Notes: a model not told the origin generated them from the sequence alone. A DNA stretch of 62,058 nucleotides from Candidatus Aminicenantia bacterium (GCA_046760445.1 JBHIEE010000002.1:1-62058); one strand, 5' to 3'; shown: positions 19,468 through 29,197, counted from the first letter of the stretch. Program-made: numbers and translations.

Positions 19468-20856
19468 TTAAATAGAGTTTTCAGAATCTAAATTTTCAAT
19501 GCTGAATTCTTTTAATTTCTTGAGAAGGGTCTTGTAACTTATGCCTAATAGCTGAGCTGTTTTAGCTTTGTTACCTTTAGCTTGAAAGTAAGCTCTTTTA
19601 ATTTTTTCCTTTTCCACCTGATGCCTGACTTTATCAATTGTCTCTTTTAAAGTGCCTGATAGATCAAATTCCGGTATTTTAGACCAACGAACTTCGTCTT
19701 CTGGAAGAACTATATGTTCAGGCAATATCTCCTTTCCTTCACAAAGAATAACAGCCCGCTCAATGCAATTTTGGAGTTCTCGAACATTTCCTGGCCAGGA
19801 ATAGTTCATTAATTTTTTAATGGTTTGTTCTGAGAAATAAAGACCCTTTTTTCGGATTTCAATTGAAAATTTGTTAAGGAAATAACTTGCCAGGAGAGAA
19901 ATATCGCCTTTTCTTTCTCGAAGGGGAGGAAGAACAAGTGGAAAGACACTGATTCTAAAATACAAATCTCCTCTGAATCTTTCTTCCTCAACTTCTTTTT
20001 TTAAATCTTTATTGGTCGCCAGAATAAATCGAACATCAACCTCAATGGTAGAAGTTCCGCCAATTCGTTCAAAGGATTTCTCTTCTATCACGCGAAGCAA
20101 TTTAGCCTGAAGAGAAAAACTCAGGTCACCAATTTCATCAAGGAAAAAAGTTCCTCTATCAGCCAGCTCTAATTTCCCCAATTTTCGGGAAGAGGCGCCA
20201 GTATAAGCTCCTTTTTCATGCCCGAATAATTCATTCTCTATTAAAGTTTCGGGCACAGAAGCACAGTTAAAAGTAATGAAAGGACAGTCTCTTCTTGGAC
20301 TCAGTTGATGGATAGCTCGAGCAAACAATTCTTTACCCGTGCCGCTTTCTCCAAGTAAAAGAACAGTAGAGCTAGTCTGAGCCACCTTTTGAGCTTTCTG
20401 AGAAGCATCTTTAAGGCAGGGTTCTACACCAATTATTTCTGGAAGACCATACTTTTGAGCAAATTCCTCTTTTAAAAGAATATTTTCCCGAAATATTCTC
20501 TCTTGATTCAAAGCACGGTTAATCAAGAGAACAAGATAATCAGGGTCAACTGGCTTGGACAAAAAATCATAAGCTCCTTCCTTCATTGCTTCCACTGCTT
20601 TTTCTATTGTTCCATAAGCAGTGAGCATAATAACCGGCAGATTGGGATCAATCTCCTTGGCTTTTTTTAAAAGCTCAATTCCATCCTTTCCCGGAAGAAA
20701 AAGATCACTTAATAAAAGAAGGTACTTCCTTTTTTCAATTTTTTTAATTGCCTCTTCTGCAGATTCCGATTCATCTGTTTCATAGCCAGCCTTATTTAAA
20801 GTTAAAGCCAGCATTTCTCTCATGCTTAGTTTGTCTTCAACAATTAGGATTTTCAT
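19468..20856 (-). CDS. sigma54-dependent response regulator (NtrC family)
   Basis: Receiver domain (DLFLPGKDG), AAA+ domain (GESGTGKELFARAIH, GAYTGA loop variant of GAFTGA), C-terminal Fis-type HTH. Confidence 0.9.
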   Translation of the reverse strand: MKILIVEDKLSMREMLALTLNKAGYETDESESAEEAIKKIEKRKYLLLLSDLFLPGKDGIELLKKAKEIDPNLPVIMLTAYGTIEKAVEAMKEGAYDFLSKPVDPDYLVLLINRALNQERIFRENILLKEEFAQKYGLPEIIGVEPCLKDASQKAQKVAQTSSTVLLLGESGTGKELFARAIHQLSPRRDCPFITFNCASVPETLIENELFGHEKGAYTGASSRKLGKLELADRGTFFLDEIGDLSFSLQAKLLRVIEEKSFERIGGTSTIEVDVRFILATNKDLKKEVEEERFRGDLYFRISVFPLVLPPLRERKGDISLLASYFLNKFSIEIRKKGLYFSEQTIKKLMNYSWPGNVRELQNCIERAVILCEGKEILPEHIVLPEDEVRWSKIPEFDLSGTLKETIDKVRHQVEKEKIKRAYFQAKGNKAKTAQLLGISYKTLLKKLKEFSIENLDSENSI

Positions 20857-20993
20857 TTCTTCTTTAAATCTTATTTTGAATAAGCATTATTGTCAAGATT
20901 TGACATTTTATGCTGATTTTAAAGATTGCTTTGCTTTTTCTATAGAGGGCTTCTTTTCAATTAGTAGTTCCTTTTTGAAACAATCTTCAATAT

Positions 20994-21557
20994 TCACGGC
21001 AATCTACTTCCAGTTAATAAAATATAATTATTCACAATCTCCTGATAGAAAATCTTATTTTCTTTTTTTATTCTCTGCCACTTTGATAGATTAGAAACTT
21101 CCAAATTTACTTCTTTATTCATATATTTCTCTAAGGCTTCAATAAGATGGAGGAAATGCTCCTTTGGTTTCGAGGTAATTAATAACAAGTCAATATCACT
21201 CTTTTCATTAAATTCTCCTGTGACATAGCTTCCATAAATGACTAGAGAGACTAAATTTTCATCCTGATTTTTAAATTTTTCCACTATTTTCCATTTTTCT
21301 ATCATAGCTAAGAAATAAGCAATTTTGAGAAATTTTACGAAAGGGAGTTCATTATTTAAGATGTAATAATGAGCTTTACCTTTTTCTTCCTTAAATAGGA
21401 CCTCGGCTTTTGCTAATAATTTTAAAGCTCGATTTGTTCCTGAAGGGCTAATTTTAAGCTTCCTTGATAACTCCTTCACATAAATAGAGGTACTAGGATG
21501 GGATAAAAAATAAACCAATACTTTCCACAATATGGTTTCTTGAAATAACTCTAACAT
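20994..21557 (-). CDS. wHTH plus nucleotidyltransferase (MNT-like) domain protein
   Basis: N-terminal winged-helix-like segment. VIYGSYVTGEFNEKSDIDLLLI matches the GS-x-DxD NTase motif. No HEPN partner seen. Confidence 0.6.
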   Translation of the reverse strand: MLELFQETILWKVLVYFLSHPSTSIYVKELSRKLKISPSGTNRALKLLAKAEVLFKEEKGKAHYYILNNELPFVKFLKIAYFLAMIEKWKIVEKFKNQDENLVSLVIYGSYVTGEFNEKSDIDLLLITSKPKEHFLHLIEALEKYMNKEVNLEVSNLSKWQRIKKENKIFYQEIVNNYILLTGSRLP

Positions 21558-21656
21558 TTTACCGTTCTATGAAAAGTACCATCGTTCTTTTCAAAGCACT
21601 ATCGTATAATATATAGAACGATAATAAAATGTCAAGTAAAGATTAAGTTCAGACTC

Positions 21657-21685
21657 TTGACACAAAATAAGAACCTCTTTATATT
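21657..21685 (+). promoter_or_regulatory. Possible sigma70-type promoter
   Basis: TTGACA (21657-21662), 17 nt, TATATT (21680-21685), about 190 nt upstream of ORF 21876. Confidence 0.35.
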
Positions 21686-21875
21686 TTAAACAAATAAAAA
21701 TGAGGCATGATTTAAGGTGACTAATATAATAAGAATTGAAAAGGGGGTAAAGGAATTAAAATAGGCTTTCAGGGAAAAAATAAAATGAAGGGGATAAACG
21801 AACCTTCAGCTCGCAAACAACTGGTTAGGCGACCTTTTGCTTGGCGAGAGCCACAAAAAAAGGAGGTAAATTAAT

Positions 21876-22394
21876 ATGAAAGTTAAGTCTATGGATGAAC
21901 TGAAAAGGAGTTATAGACTTGCCACTATCATAGGCATAGCCATGATTGCAAGTCTTTTTGTTTATGTTGCAGTAATTGAATTCATAAAGAAAAACTCTGC
22001 TCCCCTCAATGGGTTCGCACCTTTCCCTGAAGTAGATATTCTTAGATATGTCCTTTTAGGAGTCGCAATAGCGTGTTTCTTTTTGATAAGATTTATCAAG
22101 AATCGTATCCTTTCGGGCAAGGCCACTATCCAAAAAGAAACTATAATGTATAACCTTTCAGCACCTATTCAGAGGTTACTTACAGCATCAATAATAACCT
22201 ATGCCTTTTGTGAATCGGTGGCTATCATTGGTCTCGTCCTCTTTTTTATAGCAGGAAACTCCTTAGATTTTTACACTTTTATGGTAATATCCTTAATTCT
22301 TTTTAGTATATATTTCCCGAGGTATAACCAGTGGGAAGAATGGATTAAAAAACAAGGCATAAGAAGTGAAAACATAGAAGAAAGAAAAATATAG
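21876..22394 (+). CDS. Hypothetical membrane protein (4 predicted TM segments)
   Basis: Good RBS (AGGAGG) and hydrophobic segments. No recognisable family. Confidence 0.5.
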   Translation: MKVKSMDELKRSYRLATIIGIAMIASLFVYVAVIEFIKKNSAPLNGFAPFPEVDILRYVLLGVAIACFFLIRFIKNRILSGKATIQKETIMYNLSAPIQRLLTASIITYAFCESVAIIGLVLFFIAGNSLDFYTFMVISLILFSIYFPRYNQWEEWIKKQGIRSENIEERKI

Positions 22395-22582
22395 TGTGAG
22401 GGCTATATTTATTACTAACCTGTTGGTATAAGTAGCTTGCAATGGCAGATAACAAAGGAGTCTGTCGAAAAACTATTCTCTGGTCATTCTTCAATCCCTC
22501 AATGTCTTTATCTTTTCAGGTAATTGAGAAGTTCTTCTGGATTAACTTTTCTTTTTAACAGATGGCTGGATTGGTCTTTTTC

Positions 22583-22610
22583 TTGACAATCTTTAGATAC
22601 TGAATATATT
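22583..22610 (+). promoter_or_regulatory. sigma70-type promoter upstream of the CPBP gene
   Basis: TTGACA (22583-22588), 16 nt, TATATT (22605-22610). Confidence 0.4.
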
Positions 22611-22631
22611 CTTTTTAAGAAAGGGGGAAAA

Positions 22632-23441
22632 ATGGTTATTTTATATTTTATCATTTGTCTTTTTTTAATTACCATTGGGGCATTAACCAAAAATTTTAAT
22701 TACGAGCAATTGTTTATCCTTCCTATTGGTGTCATTGCTATTCTATTTCAGAAATTTATTCACAGGGGAAAAATAAAAGATTTAGGCTTTAGAAAATGTA
22801 AACTAAAACAGATATTGGAAGCAATTATTTTCCCTTTAGTCATAATATTTCTAATCTTTCTCATAGATTTTATTTTCGGGTTTATAAAGATTCAATCTTT
22901 GAGCGAATTAAAAAATCCTTTTATTAAAGGACAAATTGGCATAGATATAGGAACTTTAATGCTCATTATATTAATTACTGCTCTCCTTACATTCATTGGC
23001 GCTTTAATTACCGAGGAACTGGCATTCAGAGGGTATTTAATTACCAGACTAAACAAATTAGGTGATCTGAGAGCTTTAATCTACTCCTCTCTCCTCTTTG
23101 GTATCTGGCATATTCCAGTTTCAGCTATTCTTTTAGGCACAGGAGCATGGAGAAGTGTTATTTATGCTTTCAATATCTTTTTACTGGGAATACTTTTTGG
23201 CAATCTGTTTCTTGAATCTAAAAGTTTAATACCTCCCAGTCTCTTTCATGGGGTATGGAATAGTCTAGAATATACTTTATTTGGATTTGGTAATGCCCAA
23301 GCAATATTTCTCGGAAGTTCAAGAATTATATTTGACCCAGAGGAAGGATTTGTAGGAACTATTATTTTAATTGCTTTTTCTCTCATTGCTCTCTGGAAAA
23401 TAAGAATGAAGAAAGTTGATGTCGAGAGTTCTAAAGACTGA
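22632..23441 (+). CDS. CPBP family intramembrane glutamic endopeptidase (CAAX protease-like)
   Basis: EELAFRGYL, FGIWH and FHGVWN motifs. Confidence 0.8.
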   Translation: MVILYFIICLFLITIGALTKNFNYEQLFILPIGVIAILFQKFIHRGKIKDLGFRKCKLKQILEAIIFPLVIIFLIFLIDFIFGFIKIQSLSELKNPFIKGQIGIDIGTLMLIILITALLTFIGALITEELAFRGYLITRLNKLGDLRALIYSSLLFGIWHIPVSAILLGTGAWRSVIYAFNIFLLGILFGNLFLESKSLIPPSLFHGVWNSLEYTLFGFGNAQAIFLGSSRIIFDPEEGFVGTIILIAFSLIALWKIRMKKVDVESSKD

Positions 23442-23454
23442 ATTTGAAATTTTT

Positions 23455-24411
23455 TTAAAATAGCTTGATTCTGATTCCCAGACAAAGGGCAAATCCACTA
23501 AAATCAACAATTGCTTTTCTGATATTTTGGAAATTAGAACCAGCGGGTTCTTCTTCCCAGATGTCAACTCTTTTGTACCAGTTATCTGTTAAATAGGATC
23601 TCCATTCATAAAAATATAACTTTCCGTGCTCTTTTGAAGAATCTTCCCAAGTGTCAATTAATGTTCCATTAAGATACTCTTTTTCTTGAGTATGGAAAGA
23701 ATAGTCACCTTCGAAATTTTTTATCTTGGCGTAGCGACCGATCCCCTCAAACACCAAGACTAAATTCTTAGAAATATTGTATTCTAATCCAAATCCTCCA
23801 TGGAATCCAAAGCCATTGGAGCTCGCCTCTTGTGTTTCTTTCCAATTTCCTTCCCAAGTATATTGCTTCCAAGAACTGGTATAATTCCCTGTCTCAGTTG
23901 AAGTGAGAGAAGTAAGATAGTATCCTCCTCCTGCTTTCAGGAATAAACTTAACTCATTCTTGAGAGGGAGATTAAAATACAGACTGAGCAAAATAGGGAT
24001 GGCGGTTGTTTTATAGGTAAAGGTTCTTTCAGTAGTATATTGGTAAAGTCCTTCATATATATTGCTCGTGTAACTATACTGAGGAGTGCTTTCTTTTTTA
24101 CCTGAGAGATATCCTGTGCCTAAGGCAAGGGCAAATCGAGGAGATAGAGTTATTCTTACTTCTCCTTCGCCACCAGGAGCAAAGTTAAACTTTCTATATT
24201 CCTTCTCAAAAGAGAAGGAAGTATATATTGGCAGATTCGCTCGATCGTGATTATAGTTATTCAAATCAACGATAAAGGAATTAATATCTCCGAGAATAAG
24301 ATAAGAAAAACTTCCTGAAATTTTTAAGCTTAATTCTGTCTGGTGAGCACTCATAATTCCAGAAAATAAGAGAAAAGACATCAGACAAAAAATAACTTTT
24401 CCCCTTTTCAA
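23455..24411 (-). CDS. Outer membrane beta-barrel protein
   Basis: Signal peptide, alternating beta-strand pattern, C-terminal ...GIRIKLF. Confidence 0.6.
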   Translation of the reverse strand: MKRGKVIFCLMSFLLFSGIMSAHQTELSLKISGSFSYLILGDINSFIVDLNNYNHDRANLPIYTSFSFEKEYRKFNFAPGGEGEVRITLSPRFALALGTGYLSGKKESTPQYSYTSNIYEGLYQYTTERTFTYKTTAIPILLSLYFNLPLKNELSLFLKAGGGYYLTSLTSTETGNYTSSWKQYTWEGNWKETQEASSNGFGFHGGFGLEYNISKNLVLVFEGIGRYAKIKNFEGDYSFHTQEKEYLNGTLIDTWEDSSKEHGKLYFYEWRSYLTDNWYKRVDIWEEEPAGSNFQNIRKAIVDFSGFALCLGIRIKLF

Positions 24412-24554
24412 TTTCTCCTCCTTTTTTTAATTTAGACTTTATTATATAAATATTTTTTGGTCAAGAATTCAAATTTTTAGGATTTGAAACTTTAATGAGA
24501 AAATCTTCGTATATGTAATTAGAGCAATGAGTAAGTCTATCTTATTTCCAGGTA

Positions 24555-24884
24555 GTGTCAAAAATAACATAAAAGAATATAAAAAACCACAGAGAACACA
24601 GATGAATAAAAAACTCCAAATTACAAATCCCAAATTACAAACAAATTCCAATGACCAAAATCCCAATGACCGAAACAAAAAATCAAGTAATTACGACTTA
24701 GAAGAGCGAATTTATCAGTTTGCTAAAAAAAGAAATCCTGGTAATTGTTTTGGTCATTGGTCATTAGAATTTGCCTGCCCTGTAGCATGCGAAGCATTGG
24801 TATAGGGGAATTTATTTGATATTTGGAGCTTGAGATTTGTGATTTAATATAATAGGTGACTTCTGTGGTTAAATTTGACAATAT
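24555..24884. mobile_element. MITE-like non-autonomous insertion carrying a four-helix-bundle-protein gene fragment, flanked by a 13-bp direct duplication
   Basis: ttatttccaggta occurs at 24542-24554 and 24885-24897. Inside: outer inverted aaccacagagaa / ttctgtggtt, and inner inverted word arms (ccaatgaccaaaatcccaatgaccgaaac / gttttggtcattggtcattag). The central piece encodes SNYDLEERIYQFAKK, like the N-terminus of TIGR02436-type four-helix-bundle proteins. Confidence 0.5.
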
Positions 24885-24908
24885 TTATTTCCAGGTAAGG
24901 AGGGAAGA

Positions 24909-26537
24909 ATGAAAAGAAAAAGAATTAATCTGGGATTAATCCTTGTTTTTGGGATTCTCGTTCTTTTTTTCAGTAATACATTTATTGAAGCAGAAGAAGA
25001 ACTTAACCAAGTGTGGGCAATTAAAGATTGTCGAATAGTTCCCATGAGCGGCTCAGTAATTGAGAAGGGAGTTGTGGTTATTCGTCAAGGACTCATTGAT
25101 GCAGTGGGGACTAACATAGACATACCAGCTGATGCAGAAATAATTGATGGTGCAAAATTAACAGTTTATCCGGGTTTAATGGATAGTCTAGGGAAATCTT
25201 TCCTTAAGCTCCCGGAGCAGAAGTTTGACTCTTCCAAGTTCTATACAGGTAAGTTCACTGATCAGGATCGCGGCTTAACTCCAGAGCTCAAGGCATTCGA
25301 TTATGTCGAGTTCGGTAAAACTGTCCTGGAAAAATTTCGTAAATTTGGTTTTACTAGTACTCAAGTAATGCCTGACCGAGGAATTCTCACTGGACAGGCA
25401 TCTGTTTTTTCCTTAAGCGATTCTGATAAAAACAAAGCCCTCCTTCTAAAAGATTCAGCCTTGGGGATTGGCTTCTCAGCAGGTGTTTTCGGCACCTACC
25501 CAAGTTCTCTAATGGGTATTGTTGCTTACCTGAGACAGACATTTTCTGATACGGCCTATTTTAATATGCATTCTCAGCGCTGGAAGAAAGAAATGATTTG
25601 GCTTACCAGACCTGTCTATGACCCAAAGCTTGAAACCCTAACTGATTTTGTGGTCAGAAGAAAGCCGATTATTTTCCTCTGTCGGAACCAAAATGACATT
25701 AAGCGAGCAATAAACTTAGGACAAGAATTTAAACTAAACTATTTTATCTGTGATTTAGGGGGAGAAGCTTTTAGAGTGATTCCCAAGTTAAAACAGGCGA
25801 AAGCCCGCCTTCTTCTAACCGTAAGATTCAAAGCCCCAGCTACCAGTATTTATGCTCAAAAAGGTAGAGAAGAAAGAGAAAAGGCAGAAAAAGAACTATA
25901 TCCTAAAAACCCAGCTAAAATGGCAGAAGCAGGTATTCCCTTTGCATTTTCTTCTCTGGGAATTGATGATCCAGAAAAGATGATTGAAGGAGTAATGAAA
26001 GCGATTGAGAATGGGATGTCTCATGAAAAAGCCCTTCAAGCTCTCACGATAATTCCTGCTTCTTTTTTAGGTTTTTCTAAAGCATTGGGAACAATTGAAC
26101 CAGGGAAAATAGCCAATTTAGTTTTGACCGAGGGAGATATCTTAACTAAAGAAGCCAAGGTTCGTTATGTTTTCACGGATGGAAAGAAATTTGAAATAAA
26201 AGAAAAGAAAGTAGAAAAAGGGAAGGAACCTACCGTTAATGTTACTGGTAGGTGGGAACTTTCTGTTGAAACTGGTATGGGTGCAATGACTATGACTGTT
26301 GAGTTCTTTCAGGAAGGATCGTCTCTTTCTGGTAAAATGACCACCCAATTTGGCGTCTTTGAATTTACAGAAGGAACAGTTTCTGGAAATGAAATTTCTT
26401 TTGATATGGTTATTTCAGTTGCTGGTCAGGAAATTGATCTTTACTTCTCAGCCATGGTAGAGAACGATACTATGACTGGTACTGTCATTCAGGGAACAAT
26501 GGGTTCGGCTGAGTTTACTGGTAAACGTATTCCTTAA
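24909..26537 (+). CDS. Exported amidohydrolase-fold protein, HxH motif absent (likely non-catalytic), with a C-terminal beta-rich extra domain
   Basis: Signal peptide. YPGLMDSLGKSF sits where amidohydrolases have PGxIDxHxH. C-terminal GKIANLVL... is typical of the family. Confidence 0.7.
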   Translation: MKRKRINLGLILVFGILVLFFSNTFIEAEEELNQVWAIKDCRIVPMSGSVIEKGVVVIRQGLIDAVGTNIDIPADAEIIDGAKLTVYPGLMDSLGKSFLKLPEQKFDSSKFYTGKFTDQDRGLTPELKAFDYVEFGKTVLEKFRKFGFTSTQVMPDRGILTGQASVFSLSDSDKNKALLLKDSALGIGFSAGVFGTYPSSLMGIVAYLRQTFSDTAYFNMHSQRWKKEMIWLTRPVYDPKLETLTDFVVRRKPIIFLCRNQNDIKRAINLGQEFKLNYFICDLGGEAFRVIPKLKQAKARLLLTVRFKAPATSIYAQKGREEREKAEKELYPKNPAKMAEAGIPFAFSSLGIDDPEKMIEGVMKAIENGMSHEKALQALTIIPASFLGFSKALGTIEPGKIANLVLTEGDILTKEAKVRYVFTDGKKFEIKEKKVEKGKEPTVNVTGRWELSVETGMGAMTMTVEFFQEGSSLSGKMTTQFGVFEFTEGTVSGNEISFDMVISVAGQEIDLYFSAMVENDTMTGTVIQGTMGSAEFTGKRIP

Positions 26538-26549
26538 GGAGGGGAGAAA

Positions 26550-27890
26550 ATGAAATCCAAAATTTTATCTCTTGGTTTAACTTGTTTTTTAGTTTTAAGT
26601 CTTAACGCCTTAAATTTTGGGGCTCAGGATAGTCTTCTTCTTAAAAATGGCAACATTATCACTATTAGTGGAGAAAATATTGAAGGAGGAGACATTCTGA
26701 TTAAAAAAGGAAAGATTGTCAAAATTGGTAAGAATATCCAGGTTAAACCAGATATCCAGGTTATTGACCTTCAGGGAAAATGGGTTATGCCAGGCATAAT
26801 TGATTCTCACTCTCACATTGCCATAGAAGGTGGAGTTAACGAAATGGGCGATCTTATAAGTTCAGAGGTGGACATTATAGATGTTATTAATCCAGAAGAT
26901 ATTAATATCTGGTATGCTCTGACTGGTGGAGTAACTTCTGTTCATGCTATGCACGGTTCAGGTAATCCAATTGGAGGTCGAGGAATAGTGCTTAAATTGC
27001 GCTGGGGAAAGAATGCTGAAGAAATGATTTTCAAGGGAGTGCCCAGAACAATTAAATGGGCTCTGGGCGAAAACCCAAAGCAGACTAATTTTATGAGACC
27101 AGGTAAACCTCGCTATCCAAAAACAAGAATGGGAGTTGAGGCTTCAATTCGAAAAAAATTTGAAGCAGCCAAGGAGTATCTTAGAAAATGGGAAGAATAT
27201 AACAAGTCGATTAAAGCCAAAAAAAGAAAAGGAATGGTTCCTCTTCCTCCCAGAAAAGATTACCGCTTGGAAGTAATTGCCGACATCCTGAAGGGAAAGC
27301 TCTGGGTCCGGTGTCATGCTTATCAATCAGAAGAAATGGTCTCTATTATGAAGCTCTGTCATGAATATGGAGTAAAGCTTGTTTGTTTTGAACATGGACT
27401 CGAAGGTTATCGAATAACTAATGAATTAGTGAAATATGGAGTAGCGGTCTCTACCTTTGTTGATTTTTGGGGCTATAAGTACGAAGCCTTCACTACTATG
27501 CCTCATAGTGTGGCTCTAATGGTTAAAAGAGGAGTATTGGTGGCTATTAATTCAGATGACCCTGAAAGAATGAGACGCTTATTTATTGATGCTGCTAAAG
27601 CAGTTCACTTCGGAGGTCTTTCTGAACTGGAGGCTCTCAAAACAATTACTATTAATCCAGCCAAAATCCTTGGTATTGACAAATGGGTAGGGACAATAGA
27701 AGTTGGTAAAGACGCTGATCTGGCTGTTTTTAATCGTCACCCATTAGACTCATATACCGTTTGTCAAATGACTTTGGTCGATGGACAGATTTACTTTGAC
27801 CGAGCCAAATATCTTGAAGAAAGGAAAAAGAAGGAAGAAGAAAAGAAAAAACAAGCAAAACAGAAAGAGAAGAAAACAGAAAAAGTTTAA
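26550..27890 (+). CDS. Exported amidohydrolase (metal-dependent hydrolase, intact HxH)
   Basis: MPGIIDSHSHIAIEGG (HxH), ...INSDDP..., GTIEVGKDADLAVF. Lys/Glu-rich C-terminal tail. Confidence 0.8.
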   Translation: MKSKILSLGLTCFLVLSLNALNFGAQDSLLLKNGNIITISGENIEGGDILIKKGKIVKIGKNIQVKPDIQVIDLQGKWVMPGIIDSHSHIAIEGGVNEMGDLISSEVDIIDVINPEDINIWYALTGGVTSVHAMHGSGNPIGGRGIVLKLRWGKNAEEMIFKGVPRTIKWALGENPKQTNFMRPGKPRYPKTRMGVEASIRKKFEAAKEYLRKWEEYNKSIKAKKRKGMVPLPPRKDYRLEVIADILKGKLWVRCHAYQSEEMVSIMKLCHEYGVKLVCFEHGLEGYRITNELVKYGVAVSTFVDFWGYKYEAFTTMPHSVALMVKRGVLVAINSDDPERMRRLFIDAAKAVHFGGLSELEALKTITINPAKILGIDKWVGTIEVGKDADLAVFNRHPLDSYTVCQMTLVDGQIYFDRAKYLEERKKKEEEKKKQAKQKEKKTEKV

Positions 27891-27904
27891 CGAGGAGGTG
27901 GATT

Positions 27905-29197
27905 ATGAAAAAAATATTGTTTATCGTATTAGCCATTTTAATCTTTTGTCTCCTTATTTTTGCGGAGAATTCAAATATCATTCTCATAAAAAATGTCACT
28001 ATTATTCCCGTAACATCAGGAAAAATTGAGGGAGGCTCACTTTTAATAAAGAATGGAAAAATTGCTGGGCTCGGAAAAGAGATTGAAGAACCTCCCGGAG
28101 CTAAAGTAATAGATGCCTCTGGTATGTTCATTTATCCAGGATTTATTGATGGATTCACTCGACTCGGATTATCAGAAATCTATGCTATTCCCAGTACAGT
28201 TGATGTTCGAGAGCTGGGTCAGTACAATCCTGAACTCCAAGCTGCTTGGGCAATAAATCCTCACTCGGTTCATTTTGCTAATAGCAGGATAAACGGGACA
28301 ACCGCAGCTCTGGTAGCCCCAAGTGGAGGAATTTTTCCTGGGCTCTCTGCTTTAGTTAAAATGGATGGATGGACTTTTCCTGAAATGGCAGTAAAAGAGG
28401 TTGCTACTTCTTTGATTAACTTTCCAATCACACCTAAGCCACCTCGAGGAGTAAGGCTAGCACCAAAGGAAAAAGCAAAAAAAGAGGTAACCTCAAAACT
28501 GGTTGAAAAAATTAAAAAATACCTTAAACAAGCCAGGCGATACTTTGAGTTAAAAAAAATAGCAGCCTCTAATCCTAAGATTTCTCCTCCAGAAACAAAC
28601 CTAAAGTTTGAAGCATTGGAGCCAGTGTTAAATGGCACTTTACCAGTGATAATCTCTGTTGAAAAAGCAAAGGATATTGAATTAGCCATTAAGTTTGTCC
28701 AGGAAGAAAAATTGAAGGCTATTTTTAGAGGCTGTGCTCAAGGATACAAAGTAGCAGACAAAATCAAGGAATCAGGTATTCCTGTAATTCTTAATGACCT
28801 TTATGCTGATCCTGCAGAGCCAGAAGATGGCTACGATGCTCCTTTTCGCAATGTTGTGGAATTGGCAGAAACAGGAGTTCTTTTCTGTTTCTCTTCAGGT
28901 GGAAACCCAGCAATTGCAAAAGATTTACCTTATCATGCTGCTCGAGCAATTGCTTTTGGTCTGAGTCATAAGGAAGCTATTAAAGCCTTGACCATTAACC
29001 CAGCCAAAATTTTGGGGGTTGATGACCGTTTAGGAAGTTTGGAGGTTGGCAAAGATGCAGATCTTTTTATCTGCACAGGAGATCCTTTAGATTTAAGAAA
29101 TGAGGTAACGCGCCTCTTCATTAATGGAAAAGAAGTTGACCTTTCTAACTGGTGGACTGAACTGGAAAAAAAGTGGGCTCAGAGACCCAAAAATTAA
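27905..29197 (+). CDS. Exported amidohydrolase-fold protein, HxH motif absent
   Basis: YPGFIDGFTRLGL replaces the HxH block. C-terminal GSLEVGKDADLFI is conserved. Confidence 0.7.
   Translation: MKKILFIVLAILIFCLLIFAENSNIILIKNVTIIPVTSGKIEGGSLLIKNGKIAGLGKEIEEPPGAKVIDASGMFIYPGFIDGFTRLGLSEIYAIPSTVDVRELGQYNPELQAAWAINPHSVHFANSRINGTTAALVAPSGGIFPGLSALVKMDGWTFPEMAVKEVATSLINFPITPKPPRGVRLAPKEKAKKEVTSKLVEKIKKYLKQARRYFELKKIAASNPKISPPETNLKFEALEPVLNGTLPVIISVEKAKDIELAIKFVQEEKLKAIFRGCAQGYKVADKIKESGIPVILNDLYADPAEPEDGYDAPFRNVVELAETGVLFCFSSGGNPAIAKDLPYHAARAIAFGLSHKEAIKALTINPAKILGVDDRLGSLEVGKDADLFICTGDPLDLRNEVTRLFINGKEVDLSNWWTELEKKWAQRPKN

Noticed and set aside
21575-21625. Inverted atcgttct / agaacgat motifs upstream of the nucleotidyltransferase gene as an autoregulatory operator
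   Set aside because: Only 8-bp arms in AT-rich DNA. Plausible, but no stronger than chance without comparative data.
24527-24805. ORF 24527..24805 (92 aa) and ORF 24469..24678(-) as genes
   Set aside because: They read through the low-complexity arms of the MITE-like element (QITNPKLQTNSNDQNPNDRN...). Only a ~15-aa stretch resembles a real protein, so it is treated as a gene fragment inside the element.
24875-24909. TTGACA in the element terminus acting as a -35 box for the amidohydrolase (and, at 60295-60300, for the peptidase) gene
   Set aside because: At 16-17 nt downstream the sequence is the RBS (TAAGGA/AGGAGG), not a -10 box. A promoter role cannot be supported from sequence alone, so it is mentioned only as a possibility.
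27730-28689. Antisense ORFs 27730..28131(-), 28270..28689(-), and similar ones inside large genes (e.g. 45038..45517(-), 29735..30094(-), 30481..30795(-), 38080..38415(+))
   Set aside because: They lie entirely within well-supported genes on the opposite strand and have low-complexity or biased sequences with no RBS. Regarded as shadow ORFs.
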